A stretch of 64,000 bases of DNA from an uncultured Thermoplasmata archaeon (GTDB taxonomy: Archaea > Thermoplasmatota > Thermoplasmata > Lutacidiplasmatales > UBA184): assembly GCA_963804505.1 (NCBI GenBank), contig CAWDQP010000010.1, positions 123,330-187,329 of the forward strand, written 5' to 3'. The notes below the pieces were generated by a model, which was given only the letters and a program-made list of their open reading frames with translations, did no database searches and was not told where the DNA came from. A program made the translations under genes and the position numbers. Of the stretch, positions 51,474 to 62,307 are shown one piece after another; the stretch's first letter is position 1; each line of letters begins with the position of its first letter.

Positions 51474-52395
51474 TCAGCCGGTCTCCCGCCCGAACCGGTC
51501 GGCGACCAGCTTTCGCCACAGGTAGAGCGTGGCGTAGCTCCCCCACTCGGGATAGCGGGCCCCCGCCCACGCCCGCGCGGCCTCCTCGGGCGCGGAGCGC
51601 GGGACCGCGCCGTACCTCGTCGAGCGCGACGCGCACCCCGAGATCGCCGGCGACGAACACGTCCCGGCGTCCGGTTCCCCGGAGGAGCGCGTTCTCGGCG
51701 GTCCACCGCCCCACACCGGGAAGTTCCTCGAGCGTTTCCCGGGCCTTGGGCAGCGGGCGACGCTGGAGCGCGGCGGCGTCCGGCGGGTCGTTCGCCGCCC
51801 ACGCCGCGAGGGCCGCGAGCGCGCGGGATTTCGCCCCGCTCATCCCCAACGACCGCAGGTCCGCGGGCTCCTCGCGGAGGATACGGGACGGCGCCGGCAC
51901 GCACGGGATCTCAAGCCCCCCGACCGCGATCGACCGCCCCAGACGTTCGAACAGCCGTCGCTTGATCGCGTTCGCGGCGACGACCGAGAGCTGCTGCCCC
52001 AGGATCGCGTGCAGCAGGCTCTCGAACAGGTTGGCGTCGCGGGGGAGACGAAGGCCCCGGAACGTCCGGTCCGTTCCCCGCAGCACCGGGTCGTTCCGCA
52101 CAAGGCGGTAGAATTGTTCGAGCGGGTCGTCCAGCGAGAACAGCTGGCGCGCGGCCGCCCGAGCTTCCTTCGGTCCCGCCCCCCAGGCCTCGACCCGCCA
52201 GCGGGCGCCCTCCGGCTCGACCGCTAGCACCCAAGGATGCTCGGGCGGACCCCACGACCGGAGGATGCGCCGGCCGTCCAGGGCGAACACGAGCGAGCGG
52301 GAGGAGTATTCCAGCTGGGCCCGTTCGCGCGGGAGCGACGGAAGACGGGGCGGCACGACCGAGGTGCGCGTTCGCTCGACCACGCGGCCCGGAGG
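51474..52395 (-). CDS. HhH-GPD DNA glycosylase (AlkA / 3-methyladenine glycosylase II-like), frameshifted near 51700
   Basis: Motifs LLHAILGQQLSVVAANAIKRRL and LPGVGRWTAENALL. The C-terminal …WAGARYPEWGSYATLYLWRKL is in the adjacent frame. Confidence 0.65.
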
Positions 52396-52525
52396 GGTCC
52401 GCTCGCAAGAGCTTGCCGGTCCCGCATCGTTCGCGCCGCGTGCCGCTCTCGATACGATTAAGGGGCGGCAGGCTGGTGGAGGACGTCCCGCGGTCGGCGA
52501 GGGACCCGGGAGGGAAACGACGCCG

Positions 52526-55303
52526 ATGGGAACCTCGGGCTCGAGGTGGATCCCGGCGGCCGTCTGGGCGTTGGCCGCGGTGACGCTCGTTCTGGGTTGC
52601 GGCGCCCTCGTGAACGGACCCGCCGGCGGCCCCGGGCCGATCGCGGCGCTCGGTGCCTGCTCCGGACAGAGCTTCTCCCCGCAGTACACCGGCACGCTCT
52701 CGATCGACGGCGGATCGCTCGCGTCCTCCGCGACGGCCGGAGTGGGCGTCCGGCTCTCGTTCTTCGAGGAGGTGGTAGTCGTCGACGAACCCAGCGGGGT
52801 CGTGGCGAGCGCCGGCTGCGAGCCGTTCAACGAGTCGCTCACGACGGATGCCGCGGGAGCCTTCGCGTACTCGGACGCGCCGTTCGCGAAGGTGTGCGTC
52901 CCCGACTCGGGGGGGACCGTCTGCACCGGATACTCCGGCCTGTGGGGTCCGCTCACCGCGGCCCTTACGGCCCCGGCGCCGGTCGGTTATGCGCCCTCGT
53001 TCCGCACGACCGCCGTCCGGGGGGATCTCGCGCTCGTGTGGGAGCTCACGAACGTCTCGCTCGACCCGGGGGGCCCGACCGTCGCGCTCGCGCCCAACGC
53101 AGCGACCCCGGTCGATGCGTCGAGCTGGGAGGCGAACGGCTCCGCAACCTCGCTAGATCCGACCTATGCGTGGAATCTGACCGGCGCGGGCTGGGTGTTC
53201 GATGGCCCGACCTCCGGAGATCGCGCGATTGTCGAAGCAGCCCCCGGAGCGGCCGCCGGAACGCTCAGCGTGCGGGCCTCGGCGACGATCAACGGAACGT
53301 CGCTCTCGGCCCCACCGGCCTCGATCGCGCTCGACGCGGTCTCGACCGAGGTCACGAGCGCCGCGCTCAACCGAACCATCGTGGACGTCGGGGCGACCGT
53401 CTACGCCACCGTGACCGCCACCGGCGCGCCGGGGTATCCATACCGGGCCTGGTTCGCGCCGGGACTCGGGCTCGCCCCGGTGGCGGCCCCGTGCACGACG
53501 GCCCCGGTCGGCACCGGTGCGGTCCAAGCCTCGTGTGTTGCGAACCTCACGTACTCGGAACCGGGGATCGCGCAGCCGACCGTCAACGTATCGAACGGCT
53601 TCTCGACCGGTGTCTGGTCGTTCCCGAACGTCACGGTCAACCCGCCCGCCGCGCTCTGGGTCGACCCGCTGGCCCCGGTAGGGTATTCTGGTGCGGTCGT
53701 CCGGATCGACCTGATCGCGACCAACGGCTCGGGAACCCTGCCGTTCCAGAACGCCTGCCTCGACCCGGGGTCGGGACCGGTCGTGTGCCAGGACACCCCA
53801 GGACCCCGCTGGACTTTCGCCCCGGTTTATCCGACCGTGGGAAGCTATCCCGCGCAGGCATGGACCATCGATGCCGGGGGTACCAACCGAACCATCGGAT
53901 TCTCCGTCGCGATCGTGCCTCCGCTCGGACTCGACCCGGTCACCCTCGTGGGCTCCAACGCCACCGTCGGGTCGAACGTGTCGCTCCGCTCGACGGTCGT
54001 CGGCGGGGACCTGCCGGGGAGGTTCTGGTGGAACTCCTCTCTTTCGGACGTGCCGTTGGGGGCCGGCGCGTGGAACATCGACGGTCCGTTGACCCTCGCG
54101 TTCGCTCCTTCGTCCGCGGGTTCGGTCACGATCGCCCTGACGGTCGTGGACTCGCTCGGCACCGTCGTCCGCGCGAGCCTCGTGCTCGCGGTCGCCCCGC
54201 TCCCGGCCAGCCGGATCGAGGAGGTCGATACGCTGCCGACCGGTCCGGTCGAGGTCGGGATACCCACGAACCTCACCTGGCAGGCGCTTGACCGGTCCGA
54301 CGAGCCCGTGACTTCGTTCGCCGTCCCGGCGGAGATCGTCCTGGGGGGAACCGGCGTCGCCGCGCCGAGCGCGTGGGTCAACGCCTCCGGTGTCGGTCCA
54401 CTCTCGGGACCCGGGAACGGGACGTACGACGTCCCCACGACCGCGTGGGCGAGCGGGGCGCTCGAGGTCTCGGTCGATTTCCGAACCGCCGGGACGTTCT
54501 CGGTGAACCTCACGGGTGCGCGGCTACCGGGGCCGGTCGCGTCGGTCCGTTTGGACGCCGCCGGCGACGCGTCGCACCTGAGGCTCTACGGGCCACGGGT
54601 GGCGCGATCGGGGAGTCGCGACAACTCGACGTTCTGGAACGTTGCGGATCGGTTCGGCAATCCGGTGCCGGGCGGGAACGTCACCCTACGCCTCGTCTGG
54701 GGCAACTCCACGCTCAACGAGCTCGTCTACGTCGTCCTCGCCGAGAACGGGACGACGGGTGTCTGGATCAACTACTCCGCGCCCGGCGGCGAGGGGGGGA
54801 CCGTCACGGTGCTGGATTGGGCGAAGGCGGTGCTCCTCGGGCCGATCGCGGTGCCGGCGATCGCCGGGCCGGCGCCGGCAACGATCCCGTACGCGCTTCT
54901 CGCGGGTCTCGTGGTCGTGGGCGCGGTCGGCGCGGTGACCGGCACGGCGGCCTTCCGGCGCACGCGCCCGCGGGGCCCGGCCCGGTCGGACGAGGGCGAC
55001 CTCCAGCGGCTGGCCGAGGGCCGCTCGGCGTTGGTCGAGCTCGTGCGACGGATCGGTCCGGCCGACCTTCCGGAGCTCGAGGCGGCCTGGCAACCTCCGC
55101 CGGCGCCGGACGACCTCGCCGACTGGCTGGCTTCCCTGGTCGCCGACGGGACCCTCGGCGCGACCCTCGGCTCGGACGGGAGGGCCCGGTTCTGCCTCGC
55201 CCCCGGCCCGGCGGCGCCGCGTGTGACGCTCGACACGGCCGCGTTCGACGAGGCGCTGCGGCGGCGGGACCGCGCGATCGAGGACGACGAACCCGGCCCT
55301 TAG
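52526..55303 (+). CDS. large cell-surface glycoprotein (S-layer / surface-protein-like)
   Basis: Signal peptide MGTSGSRWIPAAVWALAAVTLVLGCGALVNG. Over 25 N-x-S/T sequons. C-terminal TM helix IPYALLAGLVVVGAVGAVTGTAAF, then a basic stop-transfer segment and a cytoplasmic tail of about 110 aa. Intact ORF of 925 aa. Confidence 0.7.
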   Translation: MGTSGSRWIPAAVWALAAVTLVLGCGALVNGPAGGPGPIAALGACSGQSFSPQYTGTLSIDGGSLASSATAGVGVRLSFFEEVVVVDEPSGVVASAGCEPFNESLTTDAAGAFAYSDAPFAKVCVPDSGGTVCTGYSGLWGPLTAALTAPAPVGYAPSFRTTAVRGDLALVWELTNVSLDPGGPTVALAPNAATPVDASSWEANGSATSLDPTYAWNLTGAGWVFDGPTSGDRAIVEAAPGAAAGTLSVRASATINGTSLSAPPASIALDAVSTEVTSAALNRTIVDVGATVYATVTATGAPGYPYRAWFAPGLGLAPVAAPCTTAPVGTGAVQASCVANLTYSEPGIAQPTVNVSNGFSTGVWSFPNVTVNPPAALWVDPLAPVGYSGAVVRIDLIATNGSGTLPFQNACLDPGSGPVVCQDTPGPRWTFAPVYPTVGSYPAQAWTIDAGGTNRTIGFSVAIVPPLGLDPVTLVGSNATVGSNVSLRSTVVGGDLPGRFWWNSSLSDVPLGAGAWNIDGPLTLAFAPSSAGSVTIALTVVDSLGTVVRASLVLAVAPLPASRIEEVDTLPTGPVEVGIPTNLTWQALDRSDEPVTSFAVPAEIVLGGTGVAAPSAWVNASGVGPLSGPGNGTYDVPTTAWASGALEVSVDFRTAGTFSVNLTGARLPGPVASVRLDAAGDASHLRLYGPRVARSGSRDNSTFWNVADRFGNPVPGGNVTLRLVWGNSTLNELVYVVLAENGTTGVWINYSAPGGEGGTVTVLDWAKAVLLGPIAVPAIAGPAPATIPYALLAGLVVVGAVGAVTGTAAFRRTRPRGPARSDEGDLQRLAEGRSALVELVRRIGPADLPELEAAWQPPPAPDDLADWLASLVADGTLGATLGSDGRARFCLAPGPAAPRVTLDTAAFDEALRRRDRAIEDDEPGP

Positions 55304-55305
55304 GC

Positions 55306-56592
55306 GGGGTCGCGGCCCACGAGGTCGTAGTACCGGTAGGCGGCCTCGCCGGCGCCGAAGCAGTAGCGCAACGTCGTGAACCCCCGCTTCAGCTCGGCCG
55401 CACGGGCCGCGACCTCCTCGGTCGCTGCGACCGTGGTGGAGAAGGTCATCGAACAGTTCCGCGATCCGGTCCATCTCGGCCGGGCCCATCCCGACCCGGG
55501 TCACCTCGGGGGTGCCGAGCCGAACGCCGCCCGGCTGCTTCGGGCTCTTGTCGCCCGGCAGGAGGTTCTTGTTCGCGATGATACCGGCGTCCGCGAGGCG
55601 CCGCGCGACCGCCGCCCCGCCGCCTTCCGCTTCCACGCGCACCGCGATCGTGTGCGAGCGGGTGAACCCCAGGTCCGGCGCGAGGACGTCGAACCCTCGG
55701 TCGTGCAGCGCCTGGGCGAGCGCGCGGGCGTTCTCCACCGTCCGCCGCGCGTACTCCCGCCCGAACTCGAGGTGCTCGGCGAGGCTCACCGCGAGCGCGG
55801 CCATCGCGTTCAGGTGGTGGTTGCTCGTGACCCCGGGGAACGCCCCCGACTGGAGCTTGCGCTCGAGCTCGGGATCGTCCGTCTGGCCGAGCAGGATCCC
55901 GTGCTGCGGTCCGGGGAGGGTCTTGTGGGTCGAGCCGCTCATCACGACGCACCCCTCGCGCAACGGGTCCTGGAACTGCCCGCCCGCGATGAGGCCGAGC
56001 ACGTGGGCCCCGTCGTACCAGCCGCGGGCGCCGATCTCCTCGAGCGTCGAGCGCAGTTCCTCGATCGGCAGCGGGAAAAGGAACAGCGAGAGGCCGAACA
56101 GGCAGGTCTTCGGCCGCTCCGCGCGCAGGATCTCGCGCGTGCGCGGGACGTCGAGGGTCATCCGTTCCGCGTCCCACGCGTAGTAGACGGGGCGCACGCC
56201 GCGCAGACCGAACGCGCCGAACGCGGCGCTCGAGATGTGCGCCCCGTCCGCGAGGCGGCTCGTCCCGACGAGGTCGCCGGGCTCGGTGAGCGCCTTCAGG
56301 ACCGCGAGGTTCGCGACCGTCCCCGAGATCGGGCGCACGTCCGCGAACGAGCACCGGAAAAGGCGGCGGGCGAGCTCCAGGCAGAGGGTCTCGACCTCGT
56401 CGACCTGCTCGTTCCCTTCGTAGTACCGGTCCCCGGGCAGCCCTCGGCGTAGCGGGAGTGGAGGTCGGAGATCAGGAGCTCCTTCGCGTACGGGGAGAGG
56501 AGGTTCTCGCTCGCGATGAGCGGGATCGACCGCTCGAACCGCGCGGAGTGCTGGCGGACGGTCGCCCGGATCCGGGAAACGACCTCGGCCAT
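55306..56592 (-). CDS. glyA: serine hydroxymethyltransferase, frameshifts near 56440 and 55440
   Basis: N-terminal SIPLIASENLLSPYAKELLISDLHSRYAEG in one frame. Core GDRYYEGNEQVDEVETLCLELARRLF…GSTHKTLPGPQHGILL in another. The C-terminal tail MTFSTTVAATEEV…GRDPA is in a third. Confidence 0.8.
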
Positions 56593-56777
56593 CTCGCCCG
56601 GTTTCGGTAGTTCGGACGGGGCCGTGGGGACCCCCACCCCCCTGCTTCCAGTCGAACCGGACGGCATGGCACGCCTTCCGACCGCGCGCACGCGGGGCGA
56701 GCACGCAGCCGCTCGAGCCCATAATAGGGACCGGGCCCGTCGGCGGTCGATGTCGGAGCTGGCGGTCGGTCCGGTCC

Positions 56778-57260
56778 GTGGCGCGGTACGTCGTCGCTTC
56801 CACCGTCCCGTATCACGACATCGACGCGCTCGAACCATCTCAACCACGCCGCGTACTTTCCGATGATGGAGACGCTTCCGCTGCGACTACTACCTCCCTC
56901 TCCTTCCTCGACCGACCCTACCTCGCTCGACATCATCATCGCCGAAGCGACGCTGTCGCTTCCTCGCTCCCGTCGAGCTACGGTACCGAACTGCTCGGCG
57001 AGGTGACGCCCGCTCGACCGCTCGGTCGAACGAGCTTCGCGCTACTGTACCGGTTCACCGACACCGGACGCAACACCGTGACCGCACGAGGCCGGACCGT
57101 GGTCGTCTGCTACGATTACGCCGGCGGTGTGAAGAAACCGATACCCGAGCTCCGCCGCGTCGCCCTGGACCGCGATGCGATCGACCCCGCGGAGGAGGGG
57201 TGGCCCCCCACGGAGCTCCAGTGGAAACGGGGGGTGGGGGTCGGTGCCGCGGGTCGATGA
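56778..57260 (+). CDS. hotdog-fold acyl-CoA thioesterase (4HBT/YbgC-like), probable frameshift in the N-terminal half
   Basis: C-terminal LGRTSFALLYRFTDTGRNTVTARGRTVVVCYDYAGGVKKPIPELRRVAL. The expected N-terminal …HLNHAAYF… motif appears in a different frame. Confidence 0.5.
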   Translation: MARYVVASTVPYHDIDALEPSQPRRVLSDDGDASAATTTSLSFLDRPYLARHHHRRSDAVASSLPSSYGTELLGEVTPARPLGRTSFALLYRFTDTGRNTVTARGRTVVVCYDYAGGVKKPIPELRRVALDRDAIDPAEEGWPPTELQWKRGVGVGAAGR

Positions 57261-57700
57261 GCGAGGCGATCGCAGACGACCCGTGAGGGGCCCGAGCGGG
57301 GCCCCGTCGGGTGCTAGGCCAGCAGGATTGCCGCCCGGACGAATCGCGCGTTGACCCCGCGTACTCCTCGGCCCCGTCACCCCGCCAGCGTCGACGGGTC
57401 ACGGTAAGGCTGCTCCCGTCAGGACCTGACCCGGTGCCCGTGATGGATACCCGCTAGGGCGCTCCTCCGAGCGCTCGTCGCGGGGCCCGCGGCCCGGCGG
57501 AACAGAGCTTCTGCGAAGCCACGCAGGACGCGCAACTCCTCCGAACGTCGCTCCTGCCTGTCACCCCCGCTAAGGACGGTTTCGGTGTGTAAGGGGACGC
57601 CCAACCCCCCGGTCTAAGCCTAGCGAACCCACGACGGGGGACCCCTACATAGCGCTTGGCAGGGACGCGCCGGGCGGCGCCCGGGGGGCGTCCGCACGGC

Positions 57701-59961
57701 TCAGCGGATGTGCTCGAGGCTGAACGAACCGAGGTTGAACGAGCGCTTCGTGAACGTGTAACCGACCCAGTTCCGCGCCTGGGCCTCGCCGATCCCGCGG
57801 ACCGCCAGGAACGTCTTCATCTGCTCGACCTTGAGGTTGAGCGAGCCCGTCGACCATGTGCTCGAGGGTCTCGAGGTCGGACTCCGAGTGCATGCCGCTC
57901 TCGAGGACGTAGTAGCCCACGGCGCCGTCGAGCTTCCGGCGCCCGATGAACGGCTGGAGGAACCGGAACGTCGAGCTGGTGTCGAGGTAGGCGGTGATGG
58001 TCGAGACCGACTCGAAGATCAGTCGGTACGTCGAGAACTTCTGCTTCAGCTCCTCGCCGAAGCCGTTCACGCTCTGGGCGAGCTGGTCGAGGACCGCCTT
58101 CCCTGTCGATTGGAGGAACCGGACCCCGGGGACCGCCGACGGTCGCCCCGACCGAGAGGGAGTAGAGGTCGACGAACCGGATCATCCCCTTCTTCTCGGC
58201 GTCCGCGAACCCGTGGTAGAGCGCGGCGAGGTCCTCGCGGACCTGGCCGTGGCTCTTGTCCGTGACCACCCAGATGGACGGGATGCCCGGCGCGGAGCCC
58301 CTCGACCGAGAACAGGCGCGCGAGCACGTCCTTCCCGGTGTGCGCGGGTCCGTTGACGAGGACCTGGGCACCGGTCGGGAACCCGCCGAACATGAGGTCG
58401 TCCAGGCGGCGAACGCCGCTCGGACCTTCGGCGGACTCGGCGGCCGAGACGTTGTCGGCGTGGATCTGGTCGGCCTCCGCCTGGGCGGCGCGGCCGGCGA
58501 GCTTCTCGAGCTCCCGCGATCTGTTCCTGGAGCTGCTGCTCGCGGGCGCGGAGGTCGGCCTCCCTCTTCGCGAGCTCGTGGTGCTGGTCCTCGAGGCGCT
58601 GGGCCTCGCGACGATTTCGACGACGGCGGTCCCGCCACCGCGCGGCGCTGCTCCTCGAGGCGGCGTGCCTCGATGTCGAGCGCCTGCCGGCGGGTCTGGA
58701 GCTGCTGGTCGTAGACGGCGAGCTCCTTCTCCTTGAACTCGAGCGGGCGCCCGTCGCCGCTCGAGCTCCTCGGCGTTGATCCGGATCTCCTCGAACTTCG
58801 CGCGCAGCTCGTTCTCGCGCGCGACCAGGTCGCGCTCGCGCTGGGCGGCCTCCTCGAGGCGGCGCCCGACCTCCTCGGGGATCGGCCCGCCCGGGTGCGT
58901 CGACCAGCTCCGCCCGGCCCTGGGCCTGCTCCGCCGCGCTCGAGAGGCTGCGGATTTCGCCTTCGAGCTGGACGACGCGTCGCCGCAGCTCGGTCTCGCG
59001 CTCGATGAACTGGTGCTCGCGGTCGGCGAACTCCTCCCGCAGGCGCTGCTCGGTCTCGCGGATCGCGCGCTCCACGGACGGGTCGTCACCGGCCGCGGGG
59101 CCGGGAACCGCCCCGGCGGATGCGGACGGGGCGCCGGGGGTGCCGTCCAGGGCGTTCAGCCGGAGCTTGAGGTCGGCGATCTCCGCCTCCTTGCTCCGGA
59201 CCGCGACCTCCCGCTCCTTCGCCTCGCGGGACCGGACGTACTTGATGACGGCGATCGAGCCGCGCTTCACGTGCTCCACCTGGTCCTCGAGCTGCTTTCG
59301 CTTCGCCCGCTCGTCGTAGAGCTGCCGCTGGAGGTCCTGGAACTCCTGGATCATCGAGGAGGGGTCGAACTGGTCGGACTTCACCCGGTCGAGGAGGCCG
59401 GTGAGCCAGCGGACGACCGTCTCCTCGCGCTCGCTGACCGCCGGCAAGCCGCCGGGCTCGGCCGCGCGAGGGGGAGCGCGCTCTCGTCGGGCACTGACAC
59501 GACGGGGGTCGGGGGGGAGGCGGGTCCCGACACGCCGACGTCGGAGGCGCGGATCCAATCCTCCATCACCCGGTCGTCGCCGTCGACCCACTTTCGAAGC
59601 ACGTCGGTCGAACCCTTGGTGGTCGGGGGGCGCTTGCGCCGCCGGCCTCTCGGCCCGCTGGACGTTCCCCATCCAACGGTCGACGATCGACTCGGAATCG
59701 ACCCCGGGCGGCGCGGCGCCCGCCGCGGGGGCCACGGGCGGCGCCCGGTCGGATCGCCGCCTGCTCGCTCGCCGCGACGCCCAGCTGGCCGAGGGTCTCG
59801 GAGGGGAGCTTGCGGACGGCGTCCGGGCTCGAGTACCCGGCGTCCCGAAGCCGTCGGGCCGTGTCGGGTGAGACCCCGAGCGCCCGCGCGAACTCCTCCA
59901 CGCCGGACGACGAGCCGTCCGGCGCGCGGGAGCGCTCCGTCCGTCGCGCCGTCCATAGCAC
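57701..59961 (-). CDS. multidomain protein: RadA-N-like HhH domain, then a coiled coil of about 300 aa, then a KaiC/RecA-superfamily ATPase domain with degenerate Walker A. At least 5 frameshifts
   Basis: N-terminal GVEEFARALGVSPDTARRLRDAGYSSPDAVRKLPSETLGQLGVAASEQAAI. Heptad-rich QEFQDLQRQLYDERAKRKQLEDQVEHVKR…REEFADREHQFIERETELRRRVVQLEGEIRSL…AREQQLQEQIAGAREA. C-terminal LDDLMFGGFPTGAQVLVNGPAHTGKDVLARLF…IWVVTDKSHGQV…YRLIFESVSTITAYLD…GYYVLESGMH…LKVEQMKTFLAVRGIGEAQARNWVGYTFT. Stop TGA at 57701. Confidence 0.5.
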
Positions 59962-60077
59962 CGAGGAGGATACTAGCGCGGCGTGGGGTCATAATATGTC
60001 GGGCCGTCACGCCGGACCGGCCTCGGGCGGCCGGGGCGCCGCGCCACGGCCTAATACCGCGGGGATTGGGGACGGGA

Positions 60078-61153
60078 GTGGACGTCGAGGCGCGCGTCGA
60101 CCGGGTCGTCCGGCACACCGCCGAGGTCCTCACCCGCGGAGGAGATCCGGGCGCTGTTCGAGCGCGCGGAGCGTCCGCGCGCCTACATCGGGTTCGAACC
60201 GTCCGGCGTCGCTCACGATCGCGCACCTCATCACGGCCCGCAAGATCCTCGACCTCGCCGACGCGGGCTGCCACGTGACCGTGTTCCTCGCGGACTGGCA
60301 CGCCTGGATCAACGACAAGCTCGGACGGGGACCTCGGCCGGATCGAGGCGTGCGGCCGGTACGTGCAGGCCGCGTTCACGGCGCTCGGCGCCGGGCCGGA
60401 CCGGGTCGCGGTACCGATGGGCGCACGAGCTCACCGGATCCTCCGACTACTGGGCCCGCGTCGTCCGGGTCGGGAAGGCGACGACCCTCGCCCGGACGAA
60501 GCGCGCGATGTCGATCATGGGCCGGGGCGAAGAGGAGTCGAACCTCGACACGTCGAAGCTGTTCTACCCCGCGATGCAGGCGGCGGACATCTTCGAGCTC
60601 CCGGTCGACCTGGCCTACGGCGGGCTCGACCAGCGCCGGGCGCACGTGCTCGCCCGTGAGGTCGCGCACCACTACGGCTGGCCGGTTCCGACGGCGGTCC
60701 ACACGCCGCTCCTCTCGTCCCTGCGCGGCGGCGGTCGGATGGACCCGGTCGACGGGCTGGTCGAGGGGAAGATGTCGAAGTCGGACCCCGGGTCGGGGGC
60801 GCCCCTCCCGTCGGACCGCGCCGCGATCACGAGCCGCGTCGCGGGCGCGTTCTGCCCGGTCGAAGGAGGTCGACGGCAATCCGGTCGTCGAGATCGTGCG
60901 CTACATCGTCTTCCCGTGGGAGGGAAAGCTGGCGGTCGAGCGAGCGGCCAAGCACGGGGGTCCGGTCGCGTTCGAGGACGAAGCGTCGTTCCTCGCGGCG
61001 TGGACGGAGGGCCGGCTCCATCCGCAGGACCTGAAGGGCGCGGTCGTCGAGTCGCTCGACCGGCTGGTCGCGCCGACGCGCCGGTACTTCGCCGACCACC
61101 CCGAGCTCGGCAGCGATTCGTTCCGGTCGGCCGCCCCGACTAGTGTTAAATAG
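60078..61153 (+). CDS. tyrS: tyrosyl-tRNA synthetase, at least 5 frameshifts
   Basis: Pieces in three frames: EEIRALFERAERPRAYIGFEPSGVAH / LTIAHLITARKILDLADAGCHVTVFLADWHAWINDKLG / …LFYPAMQAADIFEL…GGLDQRRAHVLAREV…GKMSKSDPGSGAPL / …FPWEGKLAVERAAKHGGPVAFEDEASFLAAWTEGRLHPQDLKGAV…. Confidence 0.8.
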
Positions 61154-61225
61154 CGCCCTCCGTAGGCGGGCCCTACCCGTGAGCCGAGGACCCCCCGTTC
61201 GGGGGTTCCGCTGACGCGAGGAACC

Positions 61226-61595
61226 ATGGCGCGACCGATCTACGTACGCTTCGAGACCCCGAGCGAACTCGCCGACAAGGTGCTCCAGCTCGTCCAGGTG
61301 GCGAGCGAGACGGGGAAGATCCGCGTGGGCACGAACGAGGTGACGAAATCGAGCGAGCGCGCCGAGGCGAAGCTCATCGTCATGGCGGAGGACGTCGACC
61401 CGGTCGAGATCCTCGTCCACGTGCCGATGCTCTGCGAGGAGAAGCGGATCCCGTACCTCTACGTCCCGAAGAAGCTGCGGCTGGGCCAGGCGGCCGGACT
61501 CTCGAAGTCGGCGGCGAGCGTCGCGATCGTCGAACCCGGCGAGGCGAAGGGCTCCTCGACGAGATCGCGGCGGCCTTCCCGACGCTGAAGAAGTG
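61226..61595 (+). CDS. rpl7ae: 50S ribosomal protein L7Ae, frameshift near 61545
   Basis: Motif [46 protein letters not shown]…[21 protein letters not shown]. The true C-terminus [14 protein letters not shown] is in the +1 frame. Confidence 0.9.
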
Positions 61596-61621
61596 AGCCG
61601 AGCGCGGGCGGGGTACCGACG

Positions 61622-61835
61622 ATGGCGGAGGAGAAGGGCTCGCCGGCCGAGGTCGTCGAGCTGGTCGGCCGCACCGGCATGGCCGGGCGAAGCGACCCAG
61701 GTGAAGGTCCGCGTCCTCGCCGGCCGCGACCGCGGCAAGATCATCACCCGCAACGTCGCCGGCCCGATCCGTCTCGGCGACGTGCTGATCCTGCGAGAGA
61801 CCGCGCGCGAGGCCCGCAAGCTCTCCGTCCGCTGA
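61622..61835 (+). CDS. rps28e: 30S ribosomal protein S28e, 1-nt insertion near 61684
   Basis: [22 protein letters not shown] in one frame, and [48 protein letters not shown] in the next. Deleting the c in 'gccgggCgaagcgacc' restores a contiguous S28e. Confidence 0.9.
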
Positions 61836-61845
61836 GGACCGGTCG

Positions 61846-62025
61846 ATGGTCGTCAAACGCCAGTGCTCGTTCTGCGCCCGGGAGATCGAACCGGGCACCG
61901 GTTCGATGTTCGTAAAGCGCGACGGGACGGTCTTCCACTTCTGCACGTCGTCCTGCCGCAAGCAGCAGCTGAACCTCGGACGCGTCGGCCACCGGTTCAA
62001 GTGGACCCGCGCGCCTACGAACTGA
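61846..62025 (+). CDS. rpl24e: 50S ribosomal protein L24e
   Basis: MVVKRQCSFCAREIEPGTGSMFVKRDGTVFHFCTSSCRKQQLNLGRVGHRFKWT. 59 codons, and not in the ORF track because it is under 60 aa. Confidence 0.85.
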   Translation: MVVKRQCSFCAREIEPGTGSMFVKRDGTVFHFCTSSCRKQQLNLGRVGHRFKWTRAPTN

Positions 62026-62307
62026 AGCGGGCCGCCGAGCGGTCCGCGAGCGTCCGCGCGTCCGCCGCCCCGTCGCGGGCGGCGCCGCGTACCCCACCGC
62101 CCCCCGCGCCGAAGCCCGCACCGGCCGAAGCCGAGGCCCCCGCGACCGCGGCTCCGGCCGCCGAGAAAGCGACCCCCGCGAAGGCGCCCCGGCCCCGCAA
62201 ACCCCGGGCCGAAGACCCCCGCGACCACGCCCGACGCGTGATCCAAGCCCCGCGCTCGTGCGCGTCCAACGGAACCCGTAAGTTCTCCGGCCGCGACGTT
62301 CTTCTCC

